This document shows, one piece after another, positions 8,781 through 18,448 of a stretch of DNA of 64,000 bases (positions are counted from its first letter, which is position 1; each line of letters starts with the position of its first letter). Origin of the DNA: a virus; IMG/VR virus record IMGVR_UViG_3300021964_010186, positions 15,124 through 79,123 of that record; one strand, 5' to 3'. The position numbers were made by a program, and so were the translations under genes. The notes beneath the pieces were generated by a model that saw only the letters and a list, made by a program, of their open reading frames with translations, had not been told where the DNA came from and did no database searches.

Positions 8781-9335
8781 ATGTCAACACTAGTTAATGT
8801 GAACGAACAGGCCATGCCAATGGGTGACAACACCGGACAGGCGGGCGATGGACAGACTGGTCCAAAGAGACACTTCAAACACATCGGAGAGTTGGCGGAC
8901 CAATCAAAGGCCAAGGTCGTGATAATGTACAGGACTGTGCCAGGGGAACCTGACAATTGCCTGGTGGTGGGAACCAAGTTCCTGCCAGACATGTACCACA
9001 ACGCCCTGATGAAGGCCGTGGAGTCAGCGGGTGGACAGGATGCGGACGAGTTCGCGGACTTCGCCAGCAGGCAGACTTTCCCAGACGGGACAAATATGTT
9101 GGCTATGCTACACAATGACAACTACATCAAGAAGTTCAAGACCAAGGAGATCATGGTCACCTACGGCAATGCCGCGGAGGGCAGGATCCTTTTGAACAAG
9201 TTGAACGAAATGATAGCCAAGGAGAAGGGCACCACCGTAAAGGAGATGGCCGCGGATCCTGAAGCGGAAGTCAAAGCACCGGCTAAGAAGACTACCAAGA
9301 AAGCGGATGCCAAAGCGACAGCCGCCAAAGAATAG
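8781..9335 (+). CDS. conserved phage hypothetical protein
   Basis: Start moved to ATG 8781 (MSTLVN, AAGGA upstream); KHIG...VVIMYRTVPGEPDNCLVV. Confidence 0.75.
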   Translation: MSTLVNVNEQAMPMGDNTGQAGDGQTGPKRHFKHIGELADQSKAKVVIMYRTVPGEPDNCLVVGTKFLPDMYHNALMKAVESAGGQDADEFADFASRQTFPDGTNMLAMLHNDNYIKKFKTKEIMVTYGNAAEGRILLNKLNEMIAKEKGTTVKEMAADPEAEVKAPAKKTTKKADAKATAAKE

Positions 9336-9651
9336 CACTTGGGTACAGTTGACGAAGGAATTCGTCAAGGAATGGCCGGAGGTACTGGAGGGCTTACACT
9401 TCCAGAACATGCCGGTCAAGTACCTGATGTACGTGAACATCATACTCAAGAACAACATCACCATACACTACGACATAGCCAACGAGCTGAAATCAAAGAA
9501 ACAGGCCACTATAGCCCGATTCCTCAAGGAGACCATAGAGACGCATTACATGAAAATCAAGACAGTGGATCTTAAGTTTGACATACCCGCACTGAAACGC
9601 GACATGGAGTCACGTACTTCGTTACTGATGGCTAAAACTTTCAAAAAGTAA
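9307..9651 (+). CDS. hypothetical protein
   Basis: 114 aa; WPEVL...PVKYL; last + strand gene, overlapping the convergent gene by 30 nt. Confidence 0.7.
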   Translation: MPKRQPPKNSTWVQLTKEFVKEWPEVLEGLHFQNMPVKYLMYVNIILKNNITIHYDIANELKSKKQATIARFLKETIETHYMKIKTVDLKFDIPALKRDMESRTSLLMAKTFKK

Positions 9652-10503
9652 ATCTAGATTTTTTGCGACTTCTACCGCATTATCAACACCTGTCAGGGGT
9701 GTTCTTTTAGAAGTGATACATTCCACAAATTCCTTCAACTCATTACGTAGGGGATTCGATTCTATGTTGAATGTTTTTATCGTTGGTTCATAGTTCATTC
9801 TACCGTCTTGCCATATATCTGTGGTCAGTTTTATTGTCTTTGCTTCTTCATCCCAGAACAACAAACCGTTCTCTCCTGTAATGGACATGGTTCTGACCTT
9901 CTCAGGATAGTACCAACTGAGATTCAATTTCACAGAAACATCGTCGCATAAAAAACTGTATTCTTCTCTATCATTTTGACTGTTGTCAGAAAAGTTATCT
10001 CCTATACAAATAATATTTTCAAATTCGTGATATCCTAACAGGTAGTGAATAATGCTTACATCGTGTGGTGCTAAACTATGCAGTGTACCGATCTTTTTCT
10101 GATATCTCCCCCAGTTCAATCTATTTGATTCTATGTGCTGTATTTTTCCAATATGTGGTAGTAATTCCTTTAATTTTTTTACCCTATCGTTATACAAAAA
10201 TATGTGTCCCACCATCACAGTTTGATAATCTTTGATTTTATTTTTTATGTCTAAGCACTCTCGAGTGGTCAATGCCAGTGGTTTCTCGACATACAGGTTC
10301 TTGCCTCTATCCAACAACTCCATTGTCTGGACATAATGATCCCACGCCGGCGTGGCCAGTATCACGTTGTCGTACTTTATGTCTTTCAGATCCTTGCCTT
10401 CCTTGATGTCTATGATTTCAATCTCTGACACGCTAGGTATTGTTTCCAGTTCTGTCTTGAGTTTGGAACCCCAATATCCTGCACCCACCAGACTAACCTG
10501 CAT
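9622..10503 (-). CDS. Gfo/Idh/MocA-family NAD-dependent (sugar) oxidoreductase
   Basis: VGAGYWG, ATPAWDH, VEKPLA, VGHIFLYN, LAPHDVS. Confidence 0.9.
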   Translation of the reverse strand: MQVSLVGAGYWGSKLKTELETIPSVSEIEIIDIKEGKDLKDIKYDNVILATPAWDHYVQTMELLDRGKNLYVEKPLALTTRECLDIKNKIKDYQTVMVGHIFLYNDRVKKLKELLPHIGKIQHIESNRLNWGRYQKKIGTLHSLAPHDVSIIHYLLGYHEFENIICIGDNFSDNSQNDREEYSFLCDDVSVKLNLSWYYPEKVRTMSITGENGLLFWDEEAKTIKLTTDIWQDGRMNYEPTIKTFNIESNPLRNELKEFVECITSKRTPLTGVDNAVEVAKNLDLLFESFSHQ

Positions 10504-11587
10504 AGAACTCCTTTATGCAGTTTATCACATATTGTTGATGGTGCTCGGGCAGTGTGTGATAACAAGGAAGACTCAATATGTTTTCACAGACATATTCCGT
10601 CCTGGGCAGATCCGTCCCGTCCTCGAACGCCCTGGTCCTGTGTGTGGGGAACTTGTAGTGTATGTTGGTGGCTATACCTTTCCCTTTCAGGAAGGACTGT
10701 AATCGGTCCCTTGTGCCCTCTGGGGTCTCGATCACGTAAACGTAATAGGTGTGTTTACCCCATGGGGCCTCTTTCGGACACCCTACTATGTCTTCAAGTT
10801 GCTCTGTGTATCGCCTACATATTTCTCTTTTCTTGTCTAACCATTCATCAATTTTTTTTAATTTTGTTTGTACTATAACCGCCTGGAGATTGTCTATCCT
10901 GGCATTGTATCCTACGGTATCGTACTCGAATTTGGTTTTCCTACCATGATCCCTGTACATCCTGACCTTGTCTATTAGTGCCTTGTTACCTGTGACAGCA
11001 CCAGCGTCTCCCATAGCGCCTAGGTTCTTGACCGGGTTGAAACTGAAACAGGTCAGGTCCACCAGACCGCCAACTTTCTTCCCTTTGTACTCCGAGCCGA
11101 AACTCTGTGCGGCATCCTCTATCACGAACAGGTTCCATTCCGCGGCGAACTCCTTGATCTTATCTATGTCGGGTGTCTGTCCATACAGGTCTACGAATAA
11201 TACCGCTTTCATCCTGCCGGTGTAGATTAACTGTTCTGTGTTCAAGTGATAGAACTCATCTATGTCTATGAAACGCGGTATGGCACCCACGTTCACTATG
11301 GCCTCCGTTGTTGACACGAATGTGTGTCCCACTGTCAGCACTTCGTTTCCCGGTCCAATGCCTAATGCCTTTAGGGCACAGACCAATGCGTTCGTGCCTG
11401 AACCTATGCTGGCACAGTCCTCCGCGCCTGTGTAATCACATATAGACTTTTCAAAGTTGTCCACAGTGCTTCCTGTAATGAAATCGGATCTGGTTATTAT
11501 GTCCGCTATCGCAGAATCTATCTCTGTCTTCAATTCCTCATATTGAGGATATAGATCAACGAACGGTATCTTTATATTTTGATTCAT
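10493..11587 (-). CDS. DegT/DnrJ/EryC1/StrS PLP-dependent sugar aminotransferase
   Basis: IPFVDL, SGTNAL, IEDAAQSFG, SFNPVKNLGAMGDAG (PLP lysine), GYNARIDNLQA. Confidence 0.93.
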   Translation of the reverse strand: MNQNIKIPFVDLYPQYEELKTEIDSAIADIITRSDFITGSTVDNFEKSICDYTGAEDCASIGSGTNALVCALKALGIGPGNEVLTVGHTFVSTTEAIVNVGAIPRFIDIDEFYHLNTEQLIYTGRMKAVLFVDLYGQTPDIDKIKEFAAEWNLFVIEDAAQSFGSEYKGKKVGGLVDLTCFSFNPVKNLGAMGDAGAVTGNKALIDKVRMYRDHGRKTKFEYDTVGYNARIDNLQAVIVQTKLKKIDEWLDKKREICRRYTEQLEDIVGCPKEAPWGKHTYYVYVIETPEGTRDRLQSFLKGKGIATNIHYKFPTHRTRAFEDGTDLPRTEYVCENILSLPCYHTLPEHHQQYVINCIKEFYAG

Positions 11588-12872
11588 AATATTTCTTTAA
11601 CCATTCAAAGTCGTATGATAACATAAGTTGTTTATTATCACTACCGTGTGTTTGGTAATATTCCTGGGCATCCTTTGATCCTTTGAGACACCACTCAGCA
11701 TTCTCGCCTTCTCCCACTGTGAGCCATTTTTTCAGTCTGTGGTTGTTCTCCACTGTTGGTTTGCCCTGCAGAAGTTTGATAACTTCCCTGAAAGCGGTCC
11801 TCCAAGCCAACCATGGCGTCTCATTGAAATGATTAATAGCGGACAGTATGGGTATCCAATCATGTGGTGCTGATAGAGTAAAGTCCAATCCCGGTCTAGT
11901 GGTTTCCATCACTAACTTTTTATTGTATAATAGCACCGCTCCATGGCCATATTCCAAGCCGTTGACGGGATTTTTACAATTAAAAATATAATGACAGGGA
12001 TTCTTCATCCTGTCGGGCTGGAAGTCAAAGTTGAAGGTATCCACTATCTCCAGTTTTGGAAACACAGCAAAGAAGTAATCAGTATCACTCATGGCGGCCG
12101 CAGTCATGTAAGCCAGTGTTTGTCCTTGGATGCCTTTGCTCCACTTGGCTCTTGGATATTTTAATTTGAGTTCATTGAATCTTTTCTCTGCACTGGGTTC
12201 GTCATAAGATATGAATATGATGTCCATGGGTTTCACATCATAATCAAGATCAAAATGCACACTGCGATCGATGTCATAAAATTGTTTTAGATCGTCTCTG
12301 TGGGGGACCAACATTATGTCTTTTGTTTCACCCCAAGAATAAATTTTTTCATCCTCCCAGAAACTGGGATAGAAGTTTGGGACATCGAGATTTGTAAGAT
12401 CCTTGTTGATCATCCATGTGTAGAAGTTGGTGGAACTCACATAAGATTCGTAAGGATCCTTGAGTTTGAAATAGGTCCTTGGCAAGGGTCTTTGGTACAG
12501 GGTAGGATTTGCGTGATAATTTATGTCTCGATAATCTCTCAAGAAATTTATGTCGTTCATCTGCTCTTTGAACTTCCGTGTGGGTATCAACAGCACGTTG
12601 CCTTCCTTGTTGAGACCTCCCATGGGATGGGTCGTGTACCAAACGTGTATCTGCTCACGTTCATGCTGTTCTGGTATGAAATCCAGATCTATGTCGTCCA
12701 GTTTGACGAAATTGGAGAAAAACCAGAAATACTCCGTTTTCACATCGTCGACCACCGCTTTTAAAACTTCAAAATAACTTCCGATGAAAGGGACTACCCT
12801 GGTGTTTGCTAGGGGTGACTGTATGTGAACGGTGTTTTTAAATCTTACCTGTATACTGTCGAATCCAGTCAT
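11556..12872 (-). CDS. two-domain glycosyltransferase-like protein (GT-A fold, degenerate DxD)
   Basis: C-terminal half paralogous to 25427..26326 (FISYDEP, NPVNGLEYGHG, AWRTAFREVIKL), with AVFPK where the paralogue has SVDGDN; likely start MTGFDS at 12872. Confidence 0.65.
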   Translation of the reverse strand: MTGFDSIQVRFKNTVHIQSPLANTRVVPFIGSYFEVLKAVVDDVKTEYFWFFSNFVKLDDIDLDFIPEQHEREQIHVWYTTHPMGGLNKEGNVLLIPTRKFKEQMNDINFLRDYRDINYHANPTLYQRPLPRTYFKLKDPYESYVSSTNFYTWMINKDLTNLDVPNFYPSFWEDEKIYSWGETKDIMLVPHRDDLKQFYDIDRSVHFDLDYDVKPMDIIFISYDEPSAEKRFNELKLKYPRAKWSKGIQGQTLAYMTAAAMSDTDYFFAVFPKLEIVDTFNFDFQPDRMKNPCHYIFNCKNPVNGLEYGHGAVLLYNKKLVMETTRPGLDFTLSAPHDWIPILSAINHFNETPWLAWRTAFREVIKLLQGKPTVENNHRLKKWLTVGEGENAEWCLKGSKDAQEYYQTHGSDNKQLMLSYDFEWLKKYYESKYKDTVR

Positions 12873-13797
12873 AGTAACTTTCAAGTCCCTGTCTCAATGA
12901 AAACTGTGGTTGATAATCTAGGAGATCCTTGGCCCTAGTTATGTCTAGTGTGCCCCTCATTGGATAAAGTTTCTGCATTCCGATGTCCTTGATCTCAGAG
13001 TTACTGCCCGTGATGTCGATTATCGTCTCGGCGAGTGTCCTCAAACTGGTCGCGTTGCCCGCCGTTATGTTGAAACTGGTGTTTGCCACCTCAGAATTGG
13101 CCGCTTTGATTATGCCGTAGGCGGCATCCTGCCTGTAAGTGAAATCAACCTTGTTTTCACCGTTGTGTAAGGTTATCTGTTCGCCCTTCATCGCCTTCGC
13201 GAAAAACTTGGAAACAACCCTGTCTGGTAGATCTCCCGGACCATACACTCCACTGGGCCTCACTATCACGTAATTCAACCCATCCCTCTGTGCGAACAAC
13301 TTGGTCATCCTCTCTCCCGTCAGTTTGGCCTCACCATAGATGTTCGTGGGCTTGGTTGTGGAATCCTCCCGTGTACCATCCTTAAAATCTCCATACACCA
13401 TGCTACTGCTGATGTAAACAAATTTTTTTGTTCCAAATTTAGATGCGTGCCAGAGTAGATTGGTCGTTGTGTCTATCACCTTTGGGATACCCAGCATCGG
13501 ATTCTCGTCGACTATTTTTGCCCTCGGGTAAGTAGCAAGGTGTATCACTATGTCGGGTTTTGATCTGAATGCTCTCAGACAGATGTCTTTTTCTAGTATG
13601 TCTCCTTTTATTATGCTTACCTTTCCATTGTCCCAATTCCTGGTCCTCCAGGCTATCAATTTATTCAGGTCTATCGTCGAAATGATATCATACGTGTCTA
13701 TGTTGTCAACACATATGACATTGTGTCCGTCATTAGTTAATTTTTCAATTATTTTACTTCCTATGAATCCTAACCCACCTGTTATTAAATATTTCAT
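12838..13797 (-). CDS. NAD-dependent NDP-sugar epimerase/dehydratase
   Basis: ITGGLGFIG, YISSSMVYG, YGEAK (YxxxK), RPSGVYGPG; ATG 13797. Confidence 0.92.
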   Translation of the reverse strand: MKYLITGGLGFIGSKIIEKLTNDGHNVICVDNIDTYDIISTIDLNKLIAWRTRNWDNGKVSIIKGDILEKDICLRAFRSKPDIVIHLATYPRAKIVDENPMLGIPKVIDTTTNLLWHASKFGTKKFVYISSSMVYGDFKDGTREDSTTKPTNIYGEAKLTGERMTKLFAQRDGLNYVIVRPSGVYGPGDLPDRVVSKFFAKAMKGEQITLHNGENKVDFTYRQDAAYGIIKAANSEVANTSFNITAGNATSLRTLAETIIDITGSNSEIKDIGMQKLYPMRGTLDITRAKDLLDYQPQFSLRQGLESYYDWIRQYTGKI

Positions 13798-13946
13798 CAA
13801 AATTCCTTCTTTATTCCCACTGTTGGATTTTCAATACAACTGTCTTTGATCTCTTTCATAGTCTCCTTGTTGAGATCCACATTACAGCTCGCATTGGGTT
13901 TGATCCCGCAACCTACCATCAATAATAACACAATTAGGTATCTCAT
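13797..13946 (-). CDS. small predicted lipoprotein, 49 aa (not in ORF track)
   Basis: MRYLIVLLLMVGCGIKPNASCNVDLNKETMKEIKDSCIENPTVGIKKEF*; lipobox-like MVG-C; overlaps both neighbours. Confidence 0.7.
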   Translation of the reverse strand: MRYLIVLLLMVGCGIKPNASCNVDLNKETMKEIKDSCIENPTVGIKKEF

Positions 13947-15415
13947 CCTAGTACTTTGACTCCATAACGGTTGGTAAATGCTCGACCATCCTCCCTGTCA
14001 TTGACTATAGGTTGACCTTTAATGTTTAGACTGGTGTTTAGGAGTATGGGGCAACCCGTCTGTTTTTTCCATTCTGTGAGCAGTGCGTGGAACCCTGGAT
14101 TGTCCGTCTTACGCACCGTTTGAACCCTACTTGTAGAATCATGGTGTATGATAGCAGGAAACTCTTTACCATGCGTACACGCCGCTGTAAATTGCATATA
14201 AGGGGTGTTTTTGACTGCTTTAGGCAGGGTGAAATACTGGTCTACATCCTCCTCTAGTATGGCTGGTGCAAACGGTCTGAACTGCTGTCTCTTCTTGATG
14301 CTGTTTACCAAATCCTTGATGTCATCACCCCTTGGATCTGCTAGTAATGATCTATTACCAAGCGCCCTTGGTCCGAACTCCGCCCTACCACTGGCCACTC
14401 CCACCATCCGGTTTTCCTTTAGTTCCTTGATCAGTGCGTCCACAGGATACTCTCCATCTATGTTGTGTCCCAGGAATGGGTGTTGCCAGTTCAGTCTCTT
14501 CTGCTCATGCGCGGCTATACAGCCCAGGCTCGATCCCGCGTCTCCAGGGTTGGGTATGATCCAGATGCTGTCGAACAGTCCCATGTCGGCCAGCACACGA
14601 TTGGCGGCGCAGTTGAGCGCGACCCCGCCAGCGTACACCAGGTTCCTACTACCGTACTTGGATGCCCTAGACCACAGGTCCGCGAGGCACTCCTCCGTGA
14701 CTGCCTGTATCGAGGCCGCGATGTCCATGACATCTGCGTTTGGTTCCCAATCGCTCAATCCACGGTGTAGGTTCTGTTTGAGTTTGAAGGGGGATTGATG
14801 CACGAAGTCGTCGTAGATCTGTTGCTTGTACTTGGGCGTTCCATACGCGGCCATGCCCATCAGAATGTATTCTTCCTCCGCTGGCTTTAACCCACAACGA
14901 TGTGTGAACGCGGAATACAGTATGCCTATGCTGTGTGGATACCTTATGGTCTCTTTCCTGTGTATCCAACATTTGTCGCCCACTGATATCGAAACCGTGT
15001 CCCACTCACCTATGGCGTCCACCGTCAGTATGGTGGCACCCTCGTCCACGAACGGAGACGTGAAGTAGCCCGCCGCCGCGTGTGAGTCGTGGTGCTTTAC
15101 GTACTCGTCTATCTTTATACCGAAGTGGTCCAAGTGCCACTGTGGCATCTCGGTGTAGCTCAGCGCCAGCCCGTACTGTCCAGCGTAGAACTGTCGGGTC
15201 TTCTTGAGCAGTGGCTTCTCGTAGTACACCACCTTGTCGAAGGGACCAAAGGTGTAGGCCTCGTCCACTATCCGCTGGTTGAGGTAGTGATCGTTCTTGA
15301 CCTTGCTGTAACGCTCCGCGTGTGCGGCCCACAGGATCTCACCTATGCCCGAGCCGTAGTCCACCACCGCCATGGCGGCATCGTGATTCATGCAGTTGAT
15401 CCCTAGTATCCTCAT
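13943..15415 (-). CDS. carbamoyltransferase (NodU/CmcH/TobZ family)
   Basis: HDAAMA, HHDSHAAAGY, DAIGE, GGVALNC, PGDAGSSLG, EFGPRALGNRS, RPFAP, LLNTSLN. Confidence 0.95.
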   Translation of the reverse strand: MRILGINCMNHDAAMAVVDYGSGIGEILWAAHAERYSKVKNDHYLNQRIVDEAYTFGPFDKVVYYEKPLLKKTRQFYAGQYGLALSYTEMPQWHLDHFGIKIDEYVKHHDSHAAAGYFTSPFVDEGATILTVDAIGEWDTVSISVGDKCWIHRKETIRYPHSIGILYSAFTHRCGLKPAEEEYILMGMAAYGTPKYKQQIYDDFVHQSPFKLKQNLHRGLSDWEPNADVMDIAASIQAVTEECLADLWSRASKYGSRNLVYAGGVALNCAANRVLADMGLFDSIWIIPNPGDAGSSLGCIAAHEQKRLNWQHPFLGHNIDGEYPVDALIKELKENRMVGVASGRAEFGPRALGNRSLLADPRGDDIKDLVNSIKKRQQFRPFAPAILEEDVDQYFTLPKAVKNTPYMQFTAACTHGKEFPAIIHHDSTSRVQTVRKTDNPGFHALLTEWKKQTGCPILLNTSLNIKGQPIVNDREDGRAFTNRYGVKVLG

Positions 15416-15825
15416 TTCCTATCTCTTATATCTTGCATTATTAGAAAGGCCCACATGTCTGCTTCTTTGTGTGTGACTCTAAAATCGTATTTTTTAGGTT
15501 CCTCGAACATCTTGTTTGTATCATCGAACCTTCCTTCTTTGATCGTGTCCATCCATACAGTGTAGTCTGCCTTGAACTGTGATCTGGTCTCTTCCGTTGG
15601 GCACACGAAATCCGCCACCACGTTCCTTCCCCTGTCTACCGCTTCTTCTGCCATGGTCCACATACGCAGTGATTGTCTACGCCTGCCTTTATCTGAGAAG
15701 TCCCAGTCATCACACTGCTTCCTCACCTCGTCAGCGTTCAACCAGACCGCATTCATCCTCTGTGAGATTATCCTCGCCAGCGTGGTCTTTCCAGAACCCG
15801 GTAGTCCCATTATCAGTATCTTCAT
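15412..15825 (-). CDS. cysC: adenylylsulfate (APS) kinase-like P-loop kinase
   Basis: Start moved to MKILIMGLPGSGKTT (15825, ATGA overlap); NADEVR, DWDFS..GR.RQ, DFVCP, FEEP. Confidence 0.8.
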   Translation of the reverse strand: MKILIMGLPGSGKTTLARIISQRMNAVWLNADEVRKQCDDWDFSDKGRRRQSLRMWTMAEEAVDRGRNVVADFVCPTEETRSQFKADYTVWMDTIKEGRFDDTNKMFEEPKKYDFRVTHKEADMWAFLIMQDIRDRK

Positions 15826-16385
15826 GCCATCCTCAAAAATTTCTTGGTCCTGTTCAGGTACTCCCGCCACTGTTCCAGCGTGATGTCGTATTCGAAGTTC
15901 TGTGTGGTCTCATTCCGTCTCAGCAGTTTGGCACCGTTCTTGACGTGGAACCGTTCCGCCATCTCCGTGAGTGGAGATAGTGTCACCAACCTGTCTATGT
16001 GGTGTTCACCCCTGTATTTCTTGTACACCTCGTTCAGTATGTGCTTGCCACCGCCCCGCTTACGTGCCCACACCGTGTAGGCCACCGCTATCCTGCCCAC
16101 TATACTTGCCCTGTGGATCGCTTGGTTTGTGGCGTCCTGGCTCATGAGATCCATCTCCTCCACGGAGCGTGGCACCTCGTTGGTGAAGGCCAAACATATG
16201 ATCGCGGCCGTGTCGCCCTCCTCATCCTTGAGTCCCAGCATCTTCCTGCCATGCGACCTACGGAACTCCACGGTGAGTTCGGGTCTAACCGGATCTTCTG
16301 AAACGTCTATATCATTCAACTCAACGAGATCAAATCGTGGATCTCGCTTGAACAGATCTTTGATTTTCTGTTTTATCTTTTCCAT
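15822..16385 (-). CDS. conserved phage protein, possible GNAT-like/acyl-CoA-binding fold
   Basis: DPVRP, AVAYTVW...GGG..I and VTLSP blocks, reminiscent of the malonyl-CoA decarboxylase/GNAT fold. Confidence 0.5.
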   Translation of the reverse strand: MEKIKQKIKDLFKRDPRFDLVELNDIDVSEDPVRPELTVEFRRSHGRKMLGLKDEEGDTAAIICLAFTNEVPRSVEEMDLMSQDATNQAIHRASIVGRIAVAYTVWARKRGGGKHILNEVYKKYRGEHHIDRLVTLSPLTEMAERFHVKNGAKLLRRNETTQNFEYDITLEQWREYLNRTKKFLRMA

Positions 16386-16388
16386 CTA

Positions 16389-16493
16389 TTACTTGTATAT
16401 GAACGGGTCCTTCTTCTTGAGTTCCTTCAGTCTCTTCCTGTACTGTATCTCTTCTCTGATCTTGTACCAGAGACGTTTTATCCATCTTATCAT
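16389..16493 (-). CDS. 34-aa basic peptide (not in ORF track)
   Basis: MIRWIKRLWYKIREEIQYRKRLKELKKKDPFIYK*; AGGAGAG SD upstream; fills the gap in the operon. Confidence 0.7.
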   Translation of the reverse strand: MIRWIKRLWYKIREEIQYRKRLKELKKKDPFIYK

Positions 16494-16503
16494 TTTTTCT
16501 CTC

Positions 16504-17289
16504 CTATATCAGTTTATTAAAGGTTGGTAACATCAATTGTACAGCATCCGCATGCGCTTGGTCAAGTGGATGTGTGGTGCCACGCGGGTAATCATTGAGC
16601 AGTGCCCATTGGTTAAAACCCATACAACGTTCGCCGAAGAAGAACCACTTGGAGAGATCCATCTCCGAGTGCAGGGCATTCATGAAAGGATCCTTATTTT
16701 TGTGGTGGGTGAATTCTTGGTAAAAAAGACTGTTGTCCGCTAAGGTGAACATGTATGGAATATTCTTCTTCTCCAAGATGTTCTGCAACCACGTGATGCT
16801 CTTCCAACTGAGGTATATCTCGTGGTATTGGCTGGCCGCGTATTTGTATATGGCCTCCGCAAAGTCTCGTACACCGGTTTCTTTAAAGAGTTCTTTCCTC
16901 ACACGCCATTGCTCTTGCTGTGTCTCCGATCCCTGCATGGTCCTCAATGCCTCCTCGTTGCCGGCATTGGTGTCCCATGGGGAGATGGATGCCCATCGGG
17001 TATCTTCCAGCACCTTGTGTCTGGGCATGGCCCAGTCATACCTGGAGAGGAGACTCCACATAACCACCACGCATTCCACATCGGTGTTGTTGGCCACCGC
17101 GTTGAACACACGCCTCGCTATGGCTTGATTGCCCAGACCTCCAAACGCCGTGCACAGGTATTCGTGTCCTGATTCACTGGAAAGTCCGTGCGCCCAGGTC
17201 TTCTTGGATGGTGTCTTTCCATCCACATCGTCGCTCAGCTCGTTGCCAAGTGTGAAACTGCATCCGCCCGCTATCAATTTCTTAGTCAT
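16504..17289 (-). CDS. SGNH/GDSL-fold hydrolase or acyltransferase-like protein
   Basis: GGCSFT nucleophile block, GGLGNQAI oxyanion block, C-terminal THP..AH. Confidence 0.6.
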   Translation of the reverse strand: MTKKLIAGGCSFTLGNELSDDVDGKTPSKKTWAHGLSSESGHEYLCTAFGGLGNQAIARRVFNAVANNTDVECVVVMWSLLSRYDWAMPRHKVLEDTRWASISPWDTNAGNEEALRTMQGSETQQEQWRVRKELFKETGVRDFAEAIYKYAASQYHEIYLSWKSITWLQNILEKKNIPYMFTLADNSLFYQEFTHHKNKDPFMNALHSEMDLSKWFFFGERCMGFNQWALLNDYPRGTTHPLDQAHADAVQLMLPTFNKLI

Positions 17290-18448
17290 ATATCCTCAAT
17301 ACTTTATTTAAAAGAGGGAACACCTCACCAAAATTTTCCTTGCGGTACTGATCGGTCTGCAGGATCCTGGCCTTGCGTCGTTCTCGCATCTCGGCGGTGT
17401 CCCTGTCCGCGGCGTTCATGAACCTCAGCGTGGGCTGGAAGTCGGTCAGCATACTGTACCTGGAGTTGATGATGTTCTTGGCCTGCCGGGGCAGTGTCTG
17501 TACGTTGAAGTAGTCGGGGTCGAAGCAGGTGTTCACATAGAAGAACTTGGGCTGGAACTGTGCCACCCACAGGGCTATCTTGGCCCAGTTGAAGACATTG
17601 AATATGGAAACTGTTGTGCAGATCTGGAAGTCCATGTTGGGGGTCCGTCTCTCCTTGAATTTGATCAGATTGGCATTGACTTGGCGCCAGTTGGCCGGGT
17701 GCCTCTGATACTCGAATGGCTCGCCCACGTCATCGATGCTGAACGCTATCTCCACGTGCTTGAAGTAACTCCATAGGTCAAATATCTCTATGGGAGGCAG
17801 TTGCGTGCCGTTGGTGTTGTAGTGTATGTCTATGTTCTTTGCATAGCCCTTCTCCACACAGTGCATTAATATCTTGAAATGGTCTTTTATCATGAACGGT
17901 TCGCCGCCTGTGAACTCGAAGTATTGCACGTGTTTTAGGTCTTCCTTGAGGTCCTCGAAGAACTTGGGATTGCGTTTCGGCCAGCCACCCTCACGTAAAT
18001 TTTTAAGTGCGACTGGATTCTCTCCGTAGTCCAGTTCTTCCTGTGCCCACTTGCTGGAACTCCAGGAACCGCATATCCTACACTTGAGATTACACACGTT
18101 GCCCAACTTAAAGTCTATGAACTTCAGCGTTGGCTCGCTATCAGGTGTCCAATCCGTAAGACTTTTCTTCATTTTGTAAATCGAGTTCTGTCGCTTGGAA
18201 GTCTTGCCCGCATCTTCTTCCTGCCAACAGCTCTGGCAACCTTTTGGTCTTTCACCATTACGGAACTGTTCTCTCAGTTTCTCCATGTATTCTGTGTGCT
18301 GTATGGATTTAAGACTCTGGTTGTATACTTTCACCTCGGGCACACTTCCTTTATATAGACAGCAGGGTGATGCACCACCGTTCACATCAACTTCTAGATG
18401 TGTCCATGGCAAAGGACACATGTTTGATTTTATATACTTGTCCACCAC
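17282..18448 (-). CDS. radical SAM protein with N-terminal twitch-like domain
   Basis: CPLPWTH...PCC...GCQSCW, then CNLKCRIC, GGEPF, YNTNGT, SIDD. Confidence 0.9.
   Translation of the reverse strand: MVDKYIKSNMCPLPWTHLEVDVNGGASPCCLYKGSVPEVKVYNQSLKSIQHTEYMEKLREQFRNGERPKGCQSCWQEEDAGKTSKRQNSIYKMKKSLTDWTPDSEPTLKFIDFKLGNVCNLKCRICGSWSSSKWAQEELDYGENPVALKNLREGGWPKRNPKFFEDLKEDLKHVQYFEFTGGEPFMIKDHFKILMHCVEKGYAKNIDIHYNTNGTQLPPIEIFDLWSYFKHVEIAFSIDDVGEPFEYQRHPANWRQVNANLIKFKERRTPNMDFQICTTVSIFNVFNWAKIALWVAQFQPKFFYVNTCFDPDYFNVQTLPRQAKNIINSRYSMLTDFQPTLRFMNAADRDTAEMRERRKARILQTDQYRKENFGEVFPLLNKVLRIYD

Noticed and set aside
9622-9651. 30-nt convergent overlap of 3' ends
   Set aside because: Ordinary compaction at a strand switch; no further structure evident.
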